A stretch of DNA of 64,000 bases, taken from assembly GCA_902495305.1 (NCBI GenBank), contig CABUWG010000003.1, forward strand, positions 989 through 64,988, in the 5' to 3' direction. Positions 38,347 to 46,123 of this stretch are shown here, in pieces; within the stretch, counting starts at the first letter, position 1, and every line of letters begins with the position of its first letter. A model generated the notes under the pieces. It was not told where the DNA came from. It ran no database searches and was given only the letters and a program-made list of their open reading frames with translations. This DNA comes from an uncultured Pseudomonadota bacterium (lineage in GTDB: Bacteria; Pseudomonadota; Alphaproteobacteria; RF32; CAG-239). The translations under genes were made by a program, and so were the position numbers.

Positions 38347-39066
38347 ATGATTACAGTCAAAAACCTGTGCAAAGATTTTAACAACATAAAAGCGCTGAAT
38401 AATATCAACTTTACCGTCAGGCGCGGAGAAATCGTGGCGCTTCTGGGACCGAACGGCGCCGGAAAATCAACACTGATGCGCCTGCTTTCTGGTTACATCG
38501 ACCCCACGGCCGGAGAAATCGAGATTTTCAAGCAAAAGTATGACAGCAACCGCCGACAAATTCTTTCCGAACTCGGCTATGTGCCGGAAAGCGCTCCGTT
38601 GTATAGTGAAATGACCGTCTTTGAATTTTTAAAATTCATGGCGGCTGCCCGCGGCCTTTCATCAGCAGAAACCGGCAAAAGAATTGCCGAACTCACACGG
38701 CAGTTTGAACTGGACAATGTTCTGACCCAAAAATGCGAAACCTTGTCCAAAGGCTTCAAACGGCGGGTTGCCGTTGCCGGCACATTAACGTCGTCCCCGC
38801 GTATCCTGATTTTAGACGAACCGACCGAAGGCCTTGACCCCAACCAGAAATTTGTACTCAGACAATTTCTGAAAGACTACGCCCGTAAAAACATCGTCAT
38901 CATCTCCACCCATATTATGGAAGAGGTGACCGCTTTGGCTTCCCGAGTGCTTCTGCTCAACCGCGGCAAACTGGTAAAAGACACAACCGCCACCCTCCTG
39001 AGTGAATTAAGCCCCGATAACAGTCTGGAAACAGCCTTCCGCCGCATTACCCAACAAAAACAATAA
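38347..39066 (+). CDS. ABC transporter ATP-binding protein (GldA-like, ABC-2 type)
   Basis: Walker A GPNGAGKST, signature LSKGFKRR, Walker B ILILDEPT. Confidence 0.9.
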   Translation: MITVKNLCKDFNNIKALNNINFTVRRGEIVALLGPNGAGKSTLMRLLSGYIDPTAGEIEIFKQKYDSNRRQILSELGYVPESAPLYSEMTVFEFLKFMAAARGLSSAETGKRIAELTRQFELDNVLTQKCETLSKGFKRRVAVAGTLTSSPRILILDEPTEGLDPNQKFVLRQFLKDYARKNIVIISTHIMEEVTALASRVLLLNRGKLVKDTTATLLSELSPDNSLETAFRRITQQKQ

Positions 39067-39080
39067 ATCCGGAGAATAAA

Positions 39081-39812
39081 ATGCTCAAACAAATCGCCCT
39101 GATTTTTCAAAAAGAATTCTGCTCGTTTTTCCGCACCCGTCTGGCCTATTTTGTTCTGGGAATTTATCTTTTCTTGAGCATGTTTTGCACATTTTATCTC
39201 GGACTGTATTTTGACATCTTAAATGCCAACCTGTTTTCGTTTTTTTACTTTCAGGTAAACATTCTGATGCTGCTCGTTCCGGCTCTGACCATGCGGCTGT
39301 GGGCAGATGAATACAAAACCGGCAGCATAGAACTGCTCCTGACCCAGCCTTTGTCTTACACCGCTGTCGTTATCGGCAAATTTCTCGCCGCCTGGGGATT
39401 ATGCCTGCTGATGCTGGTCTGTACCTTTCCGCTCTGGCTCTACACCGCAGTCAGCCTTCCGGCCGACAACCTGAACATTGCCGCTTCTTACTTTGGCTGT
39501 TTCTTAATCAGCGGCAGCATGTGCGCCGTCGGCTGCATGGTGTCCGCCTTCAACAAAAGCCCGATTGTTGCCTACCTGAGCAGTGTTTTATTGCTCACGT
39601 TATTGATTATCGTAAACTATAATTTTATTTTCAACGGCCTGAATTTGTCCGGCAGCCTGACTATCCGCTTTACCCAGTCGCTCAACTTTTTCTATCATCA
39701 GAGCACGTTGCTGAACGGACAGCTCGGACTGGACAATATAATATATTATGCAACCATCACGGTCTTGACGCTTTGGCTCAACCGGATAACCATTGAATAC
39801 AAACGCAGTTAG
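39081..39812 (+). CDS. ABC-2 type permease (GldF-like)
   Basis: 243 aa with 6 predicted TM helices. GGAGA SD. Sits between the ATPase and the GldG-like gene. Confidence 0.75.
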   Translation: MLKQIALIFQKEFCSFFRTRLAYFVLGIYLFLSMFCTFYLGLYFDILNANLFSFFYFQVNILMLLVPALTMRLWADEYKTGSIELLLTQPLSYTAVVIGKFLAAWGLCLLMLVCTFPLWLYTAVSLPADNLNIAASYFGCFLISGSMCAVGCMVSAFNKSPIVAYLSSVLLLTLLIIVNYNFIFNGLNLSGSLTIRFTQSLNFFYHQSTLLNGQLGLDNIIYYATITVLTLWLNRITIEYKRS

Positions 39813-39822
39813 GAGCCTGAAA

Positions 39823-41733
39823 ATGCAAAAATCAACGGTTCAAAAAATCAAAAACAGCATAATCATCAGCCTTTTTGCCTTATTGCTTTTGGCTTCATTT
39901 ATTCTGATAAACACAACCTCAGGCGCTTTATTCTCCGGCAGCCGCGCCGATTTGACCTCTGACCGCCTGAACACCCTGAGCCCGCGCTCGGAAGAGATTA
40001 TTGCCGGCATCAACAAACCGGTATATATCAAACTATACCTGTCTTCGCAAATCTCCCGCCAAAACCCTATCCTCGCTCAATACGCCCAAAACGTCATCCG
40101 GCTGCTCGGCCGTTATCAGGACAAATCCAACCACCTGATAAAAATGGAAATACTTGATCCCGAGCCCTATAGCAATGTCGAAAACGAGGCTAAAACCGCC
40201 GGACTGGTTCCTTTGCCGGACAGCGGAAACGAAAAACTCTACTTCGGCGCTGTTTTTAGTGATGACAAAGGGCGTTCTTATACCATACCGCAGTTTTCAC
40301 CGCAACGGCTTAACTATCTGGAAAATGACCTCAGCCGTGCTGTGTCGAACATTCTCATGCCCAAACGCAAAGTCATCGGAATAGCCTCGGATCTTCCGCT
40401 CGTCAACCCCGGATTTATGAACGCCGAAAAAGCCAAAAACTGGACTTTTGTAAACCTTTTGGCCAAAGACTATACCATAGCGCCAATATCCACGACAACT
40501 GCAGAAATTCCGAATGTCAATGTTTTGATGGTTGTAGCAACCGGAAAACTCCCGTCTTTGTTTATCTATGCCCTTGACCAATACATTCTGCGCGGCGGGC
40601 GCCTGCTGTTGATTATTGATCCGGCCTCAGAAATCAAAAAACGCCTTTACCCCGGCATTCCGGATGAAAACCTGAACCTGAATGCGCTCCTTGACAATCT
40701 GGGCATTCACTATGTGCCGGATCAGGTTCTGGGTGACCGCGAACAGGCCGTAGAAGCCTTTTTTGCCGCAACCGAAAACGCCGACGCCCGAAACCATATC
40801 TATTATCCGTGGATAAAGATAAAAGCGCCGCATCTAAACCCGCAATCGCCGCTGACTGCCGGTCTGAACAGCATTTTCTTAAAAAGCCCCGGAGCCTTTA
40901 CCCTAAAAGATGAAGACGGACACACAACCGAAAGTCTGCTGGCCACCTCGGAAAACACCATGCTGACGGCGGCCAATCTGGTCAAATTCGCTCCCAAAGC
41001 CGATGTCCTGCGTTATATGGATGCCAAACAACAGGTTTATTCCGCGGCAGCTTTGTCCCAAGGCACATACCATACCGTCTTTGCCAAAAATCCTTTGGGA
41101 AACAGTGCTTATGCCAAACAGATTCTGCCGTTTTTAACCACTTCTGTCGCACCGGCACAAATCATTGCCGTTTCCGATTCTGATATTTTGGATGTCAAAA
41201 ACTGGACAGCGGACGAGAATACAAATGATTTTGCCGAAGACGATTACAACCTGACACCGTCCGACAATAACTTTGACTTTATTCAAAGAGCCGTTGACTT
41301 TCTGAGCGGAAACCCCGGTGCCATGAATGTTGCTGCCAAAAAATACGGCGGCAGCCGCCAAACGCTGGCCGATGTCTTTTATCAGGACGGCCTGAAAACC
41401 CGTGAAGCCGCCTACAAAGAAGTCAATAACCGGCTGGAAGAGAACCAACGCAAATTAGACACAATTAACATCATGCTGGAGAGCAATTCCGCTTTCGGTA
41501 CGGCGCAGACGCTCGGCGAAATCGACGCTCTTAAAAATCAAATCCTGCAGGAGAAGAACGAGCTCCGCCGCATAGAATATCAGATAAAGTCAGAAGTCAC
41601 GCACCGTGAACACATGGTTGCCCTGATAAATACCGTGATTGTACCGTTAGTGCTCCTGCTGCTTATCGCCGCAGTTCACTTATGGCTGTCACATCGCAAC
41701 AACCGTCAGGCAGGGAGATTAATCAATGAATAA
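39823..41733 (+). CDS. GldG-like auxiliary component of ABC-type uncharacterised transport system
   Basis: ~636 aa with N- and C-terminal TM anchors, a large extracytoplasmic domain and a coiled coil near the C-terminus. Assigned by architecture and gene context (COG3225-like, recall). ATG 39823 after AGGAG is preferred over the track start. Confidence 0.7.
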   Translation: MQKSTVQKIKNSIIISLFALLLLASFILINTTSGALFSGSRADLTSDRLNTLSPRSEEIIAGINKPVYIKLYLSSQISRQNPILAQYAQNVIRLLGRYQDKSNHLIKMEILDPEPYSNVENEAKTAGLVPLPDSGNEKLYFGAVFSDDKGRSYTIPQFSPQRLNYLENDLSRAVSNILMPKRKVIGIASDLPLVNPGFMNAEKAKNWTFVNLLAKDYTIAPISTTTAEIPNVNVLMVVATGKLPSLFIYALDQYILRGGRLLLIIDPASEIKKRLYPGIPDENLNLNALLDNLGIHYVPDQVLGDREQAVEAFFAATENADARNHIYYPWIKIKAPHLNPQSPLTAGLNSIFLKSPGAFTLKDEDGHTTESLLATSENTMLTAANLVKFAPKADVLRYMDAKQQVYSAAALSQGTYHTVFAKNPLGNSAYAKQILPFLTTSVAPAQIIAVSDSDILDVKNWTADENTNDFAEDDYNLTPSDNNFDFIQRAVDFLSGNPGAMNVAAKKYGGSRQTLADVFYQDGLKTREAAYKEVNNRLEENQRKLDTINIMLESNSAFGTAQTLGEIDALKNQILQEKNELRRIEYQIKSEVTHREHMVALINTVIVPLVLLLLIAAVHLWLSHRNNRQAGRLINE

Positions 41734-42706
41734 ACGCCTTTTGTTAAAAGCTTTTTTACTGTTTGTCATATCCGGCCTGTTCGCCGCCTTTTCCTTTTTG
41801 TGGCTCAACAGCCGCCAGCCGGCTTCACGATTGGGGCAATTAGTCTTTGCCAATGCCATAAATTATGAAAAAAGCGTTGATAAAATCACAATCTCAACCA
41901 CCAAAGAAACCTTTGATCTGGTTTTGGCCAACAACTACTGGCGCGTCAACGGGGCAGAGGGCTACTATGCCGGCCTGATGCTGGTAAATGACCTGCTTTC
42001 TGCCATGATGCAGTCCGTTTATTACAGCAAACAGCCTGCCTCGCCGGAACTTTTAAAACAATACGGCTTGGAATTGAAAAGCGCCGGTGACAAAACAACC
42101 AATATCGCCTCCGTCAAAATTTATTCCCAAAACGTTCTATTAAATGAAATCAACCTCGGCCTGCGGAGCGAAAACGGACTTTATACTTATGCCCATATCC
42201 CCGGATCAAACGAAATATGGCTGATTTCCGGCAGTTTTACATTACCGCAGTACCGTTACTCCTGGTATCAGCAGCCATTGTTCTCTTACCCCGAATCAGC
42301 CGTAAAAACCGTTGCCTCTCTGAAAAACGGCAACAAGTCGTTGCTCATGCGGCTGAACAATAAACAGGACTTTGTTGACAAAGACCTGAAAAACGTCAGC
42401 ATTCCGGCATTTTTTGATGAACTCAAATACGTGATTTTTGAAGACGTCAAACCCGTTAAAGACTTTGACTTCAGCCAATATCCGCAATCAAGAAAAATCC
42501 GGCTCGGCACCTTTTCCGGCCTGACGAACGAACTCATGATTTATACAAACGGCCAAAAATACTGGCTGACAACAAAATTATCTGCGGCAAACCTTACAAC
42601 CGGCAAATTTAAGGATTATATAGCAAGCTATGAACTCCTCACTGCCGGCTGGATATTCGAGCTTCCGTCCGCCGGTGGGGAAATCTTGTATACCACCGAG
42701 TTTTAG
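41726..42706 (+). CDS. DUF4340-like membrane-anchored protein
   Basis: 326 aa with an N-terminal TM. Overlaps the GldG-like gene end by 8 nt. DUF4340 commonly follows GldG-like genes (recall). Confidence 0.55.
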   Translation: MNKRLLLKAFLLFVISGLFAAFSFLWLNSRQPASRLGQLVFANAINYEKSVDKITISTTKETFDLVLANNYWRVNGAEGYYAGLMLVNDLLSAMMQSVYYSKQPASPELLKQYGLELKSAGDKTTNIASVKIYSQNVLLNEINLGLRSENGLYTYAHIPGSNEIWLISGSFTLPQYRYSWYQQPLFSYPESAVKTVASLKNGNKSLLMRLNNKQDFVDKDLKNVSIPAFFDELKYVIFEDVKPVKDFDFSQYPQSRKIRLGTFSGLTNELMIYTNGQKYWLTTKLSAANLTTGKFKDYIASYELLTAGWIFELPSAGGEILYTTEF

Positions 42707-42715
42707 AAGGCTTTT

Positions 42716-44161
42716 ATGCAGACAGATAATGCAAGATGTGACTTTTTATTAAATATTTCAACCAATGCCTTGCTGGCAACAGACATCACCGGCCGGATTA
42801 TTTATATGAACCGGGCTGCCGGCTATTTTCTGGCCTCCGAAGCCCTCGGCAGCAATCTGGCCGTATGGTCAGAAAATTGTGCACCGCAAATTCTGGCCAA
42901 AATCACCAATGCCGTCCGCTTGCAACAGCCCCAGTCCCTGCAGCTTTCTCTCCGCAGCAGGTGCTGCAATCTTTATTTTTACGGACACCAGCCCAATTGT
43001 TTTATCTGCATTGAAGATATTACCGAACGCAAACAACTGGCCGCCAGTCTGGATAAAACCGCACAAAGGCTGGAATTTGCGGAAAGAACGGCACATATCG
43101 GCTATTGGGAACTGGACTTTGAACACAAAAAAATCTATTGGTCCGGTGAAATGTTCCGTATCTTCGGCGCCTCGGCATCAGATACCTCACCCAAAAAGAA
43201 CCTCATTCGGGAGCAAATGCTCAAAGAAGACCTGCCGGTTTATAAAGAAAAATTGCGCGAACTGATTCGCAACGGCAAACAGGTTGAAGGACAAATCCGT
43301 ATCAGAAAACAAACCGGCGGATTGAGATATTGCTTCTTCAAAGCCGGAATCATTGACGACGACGGACATCGCAAAATCGCCGGCACGTTTCAGGACCTGA
43401 CACCGCTCATCAAAACCCAGACCGCCTTGGAAAAAGCCAAAGAACTGGCCGAAAACATGAACCGTGACAAATCTTTGTTTTTGGCACAGGCCAGCCATGA
43501 TTTGCGCCAACCCATGCAGGCTCTGGGCATGTTTATCAGCGCTCTGGCCGAGGAAAAACTGACTGATTATCAAAAAATGCTGTTGGATAAAATCGAAGCT
43601 TCGGCTGATAACCTCAAATCATTGCTCGATAATCTGCTTGATTTGTCCAAACTCGAAGCCAATACCGGCATTGGCGATTTTTCAGAATTCAACATCGCGC
43701 TGCTGCTAAAAAAAATTGCCGGAGAATATCAGGAAATCTGCCGGCAGAAAAAAATCATCTTTCGTTTTTTTTCACACAATGCCGTTGTCTTCAGCGACCA
43801 GCTGATTTTGGAACGCCTTATACGAAACCTGTTGAGCAATGCTGTCAAATATACCAAAAGCAAAATCATTCTTGGCTGCAAATGGCATAAAAACTACCTG
43901 CGCGTCATGATTATTGACGACGGCACCGGCATTCATCCGGACGAACAAGAGCAAATTTTTGACGAATTTTATCAAAGCCGGCATATCGCAAACAACCGCA
44001 GCCGCGGCTCCGGACTTGGCTTGGCAATTGTCAGGAAATCGGCAGAAATTTTAGGTATTCATGTAAAACTAAAGTCAATACCGGAGCAGGGCAGCTGCTT
44101 TTGGTTTGACATTCCTGTTCTGCATCGCCTCCCAAAAATCAAACAAAAACAACAAAATTGA
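42716..44161 (+). CDS. PAS-domain sensor histidine kinase (no cognate response regulator adjacent)
   Basis: 481 aa with two PAS-like segments, H-box SHDLRQP, N-box LLSNAVKYT and G-boxes DDGTGI / GSGLGLAIV. Confidence 0.85.
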   Translation: MQTDNARCDFLLNISTNALLATDITGRIIYMNRAAGYFLASEALGSNLAVWSENCAPQILAKITNAVRLQQPQSLQLSLRSRCCNLYFYGHQPNCFICIEDITERKQLAASLDKTAQRLEFAERTAHIGYWELDFEHKKIYWSGEMFRIFGASASDTSPKKNLIREQMLKEDLPVYKEKLRELIRNGKQVEGQIRIRKQTGGLRYCFFKAGIIDDDGHRKIAGTFQDLTPLIKTQTALEKAKELAENMNRDKSLFLAQASHDLRQPMQALGMFISALAEEKLTDYQKMLLDKIEASADNLKSLLDNLLDLSKLEANTGIGDFSEFNIALLLKKIAGEYQEICRQKKIIFRFFSHNAVVFSDQLILERLIRNLLSNAVKYTKSKIILGCKWHKNYLRVMIIDDGTGIHPDEQEQIFDEFYQSRHIANNRSRGSGLGLAIVRKSAEILGIHVKLKSIPEQGSCFWFDIPVLHRLPKIKQKQQN

Positions 44162-44172
44162 CAAAATAACGC

Positions 44173-44201
44173 TTGTATAAGACATAAAATTGTGATATTA
44201 T
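44173..44201 (+). promoter_or_regulatory. Promoter-like TTGTAT-17-TATTAT (TGn-extended), part of 41-bp block A (44160-44200)
   Basis: Read directly from the sequence. The block is 38/41 identical to 44722-44762. Confidence 0.5.
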
Positions 44202-44243
44202 AAAAATGCAAAAATATTATTGTTAAATTAAAAAAATAAAGTT

Positions 44244-44639
44244 ATGAATATTCAAGAAAAAAGAGCAAAATTAGCAGAAATTCGTAAAGAACTTGCATAC
44301 GGCGTTTCTCCTGCCGGTTATGTAAAAAACATAGGTTCAGTATTCTTTAGCTGCTATGGCAGTGCCTGCGTCCTGAGAGACGTCGTATATTATGGCTCGA
44401 TCAGGCACGAATTGGAATTTGAAGTATTGGCAATGGAGAGTTCCTACTTTGTGGGCTCTAAGGAGCACGCCGAAGCTTTAAAAGCTGCATTCGGCGGCAA
44501 AGCCTACGAAACGGAATATTGCCATCTGGCTTTCAATCCCCGAAACCTGTGGGCTTGGGAAGGTCCTCTCCGCAATAAACAGCTTAACAGAGAAGCTGCT
44601 CCTCTGGACTACGAAGAGGTCATTGCCGCTTTATTCTAA
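44244..44639 (+). CDS. Orphan protein (131 aa), no family recognised
   Basis: Complete ORF bracketed by its own promoter-like block and a terminator. No SD and no TM. Confidence 0.45.
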   Translation: MNIQEKRAKLAEIRKELAYGVSPAGYVKNIGSVFFSCYGSACVLRDVVYYGSIRHELEFEVLAMESSYFVGSKEHAEALKAAFGGKAYETEYCHLAFNPRNLWAWEGPLRNKQLNREAAPLDYEEVIAALF

Positions 44640-44646
44640 AACACCA

Positions 44647-44682
44647 AAAGAGTGCGAAGCTTTATGCTTCCGCTCTTTTTTG
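44647..44682 (+). terminator. Intrinsic terminator
   Basis: AGAGTGCGAAGC-tttat-GCTTCCGCTCT (imperfect stem) followed by TTTTTT. Confidence 0.6.
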
Positions 44683-44734
44683 TTTATAAATAAAGAAGAT
44701 TACCGGACAATGCAATTTTTAGACAAAATAATGC

Positions 44735-44763
44735 TTGTATAAGACATAAAATTATGATATAAA
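44735..44763 (+). promoter_or_regulatory. Promoter-like TTGTAT-17-TATAAA (TGn-extended), part of 41-bp block B (44722-44762)
   Basis: Read directly from the sequence; a near-identical copy of block A. Confidence 0.5.
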
Positions 44764-44803
44764 GGAAGTGTATTTCAAATTAGTATTTTTTATTATTAAT
44801 CAA

Positions 44804-44850
44804 AGAGGGAACGGGACGTGTAAAAGGGCACACCCTCTATAAACAAACCC
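44804..44850 (+). promoter_or_regulatory. Structured 5' leader: hairpin AGAGGG...CCCTCT with possible pseudoknot to the downstream CCC
   Basis: AGAGGG (44804-09) pairs with CCCTCT (44833-38), and an inner GTG/CAC pairs too. Loop GGG triplets could pair with CCC at 44848-50, 10 nt before ATG 44860. Confidence 0.35.
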
Positions 44851-44859
44851 AGAAAAACC

Positions 44860-45231
44860 ATGGCAAAGACAGAAGCATGCTCTCAAGACGTAAAAGCGGA
44901 AATTAATGCATTACAAGCCTACCGCTCCGGTTGGGCAAACGAAATTCGAGAAGGCTGGAAGTTCGGAACAAAAGAAGCAAAAGACATTTTGTTTCAGCTC
45001 TACGAAATTTCCGGTTCAATAATCCTCGCATTACAAGCGGTTAAAGCCGGTCACTATCGTGACAAAATGGCCATGATAATGGTCAAACAAAAGTTGGAAA
45101 AACTCGTTAAATCAAAAGAGTTTGACGAACTTGCCGCGATGTCGGAAGCCGGTATGTGCAATGTCATAAGCACAGGAACAAAACATCACATCAGAGTGAT
45201 GTTTGAGGATTTGAACATCCTGACAGCCTAG
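44860..45231 (+). CDS. Orphan protein (123 aa), predicted helical, no family recognised
   Basis: Complete ORF with its own promoter block, a ~90-nt leader and a terminator. Confidence 0.45.
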   Translation: MAKTEACSQDVKAEINALQAYRSGWANEIREGWKFGTKEAKDILFQLYEISGSIILALQAVKAGHYRDKMAMIMVKQKLEKLVKSKEFDELAAMSEAGMCNVISTGTKHHIRVMFEDLNILTA

Positions 45232-45242
45232 GCAAAAAACAA

Positions 45243-45275
45243 AAAAGTGGAAGTTTCATACTTCCGCTTTTTTCT
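45243..45275 (+). terminator. Intrinsic terminator
   Basis: AAGTGGAAGT-ttcat-ACTTCCGCTT followed by a T-run. Confidence 0.7.
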
Positions 45276-45330
45276 CTTTTAAAACACTCCAGACACTTTT
45301 TGATACCATTCCAGAACATCTTTTTATTTT

Positions 45331-45506
45331 CGTCATTCTAAACTTCCTTTCTCCACTACCCTACATCCCTTTCTCTCCACCATACTGAACTTTTTTTTCT
45401 TCGTCATCCAGTGCTTCTTTTTCGTCATCCTGAGCAAAGCAAAGGATCCGGTCAAACAATTTAGCCTTATTAATCAACTGGATTCTTCGTTGCACTCAGA
45501 ATGACG
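45331..45506. repeat. Cluster of degenerate REP-like elements built on CGTCATyC(TGAGC)
   Basis: CGTCATTC at 45331-38 and CGTCATCC at 45402-09. The full element CGTCATCCTGAGCAAAGCAAAGGATCC is at 45423-49. An inverted copy (reverse complement CGTCATTCTGAGTGCAACGAAGAATCC) is at 45480-45506. Confidence 0.6.
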
Positions 45507-45623
45507 GTACTTTTTTCTTCAAAGCACATTCTCTCCTACACATTCCGCCACAGCATCGCGGTTCTCGGGTCAGGGCGTTAACAACTGACGGCCGTCGGCC
45601 TCCAAACACTCACCCTCTGGGTG

Positions 45624-45724
45624 TGAGTAAGACGAACCGTAATGGTTCGAACCCTCCTGAAAAAACAAAAAAGCACCTTCTCAAAAGAAAGTGCTTGAAA
45701 TCAAAACTGGTACGCGCGCGGGGG
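45624..45724. repeat. Left copy of 101-bp direct repeat (truncated tRNA-Lys 3' end plus terminator copy)
   Basis: Identical by my reading to 45875-45975. Ends with TGGTACGCGCGCGGGGG, the complement of the tRNA-Lys 3' 17 nt, and contains a second copy of the terminator hairpin (about 45660-45696). Confidence 0.85.
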
Positions 45725-45874
45725 CATGAGGAGAAAATCCAACCGCTGCTCCGGTTGGATTTTAACGAATGGCGATGGTTTGTTAGCGTGTGAGCAAGCA
45801 TAAGCGCCGCGATACAAGCGTTACAAACCGAGTGCCCGAAACGAGTTAGTGTTGCGCTTCAGCCGCAACACTTA

Positions 45875-45975
45875 TGAGTAAGACGAACCGTAATGGTTCG
45901 AACCCTCCTGAAAAAACAAAAAAGCACCTTCTCAAAAGAAAGTGCTTGAAATCAAAACTGGTACGCGCGCGGGGG
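45875..45975. repeat. Right copy of 101-bp direct repeat, overlapping the 3' end of the intact tRNA-Lys
   Basis: Same 101 nt as 45624-45724, offset by 251 bp. Confidence 0.85.
45911..45947 (-). terminator. Intrinsic terminator downstream of tRNA-Lys
   Basis: On the minus strand: AAGCACTTTC-ttttgag-AAGGTGCTT followed by TTTTTGTTTTTT. Confidence 0.7.
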
Positions 45976-46034
45976 TTCGAACCCCGGACCCACTGATTAA
46001 GAGTCAGTTGCTCTACCAACTGAGCTACGCACGC
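45959..46034 (-). tRNA. tRNA-Lys (anticodon CUU)
   Basis: The reverse complement reads GCGTGCGTAGCTCAGTTGGTAGAGCAACTGACTCTTAATCAGTGGGTCCGGGGTTCGAACCCCCGCGCGCGTACCA. Cloverleaf with anticodon loop CTCTTAA and an encoded CCA. Confidence 0.9.
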
Positions 46035-46066
46035 ATCATAGGTCATCATCATCAGATAACGAACGC

Positions 46067-46095
46067 AATATAAAACGGATAAATAATATTTGCAA
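46067..46095 (-). promoter_or_regulatory. Promoter-like TTGCAA-17-TATATT upstream of tRNA-Lys
   Basis: Minus-strand reading: -35 at 46095-46090 and -10 at 46072-46067, ~30 nt upstream of the tRNA 5' end. Confidence 0.45.
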
Positions 46096-46123
46096 GCAAA
46101 AATTTTCAAATTTTGTTAAAAAC

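Noticed and set aside
40803-40816. TTATCCGTGGATAA, whose reverse strand carries a DnaA-box-like TTATCCACG.
   Set aside because: It is a single 8/9 match inside the GldG-like coding region. There is no cluster of boxes and no AT-rich unwinding element, so it is not an origin.
44804-44850. Calling the leader hairpin a preQ1-I riboswitch.
   Set aside because: Only the CCCTCTATAAA segment resembles the consensus. The loop is about twice the expected size, the conserved loop residues are not recognisable, and the downstream gene is unrelated to queuosine. It is kept only as an unclassified structured leader.
45610-46109. Track ORFs 45610..45801 and 45846..46109 (minus strand) that share a C-terminal peptide ARTSFDFKHFLLRRCFFVFSGGFEPLRFVLL.
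   Set aside because: The shared peptide is just the 101-bp repeat read in frame. The second ORF runs straight through tRNA-Lys. I treat both as non-coding.
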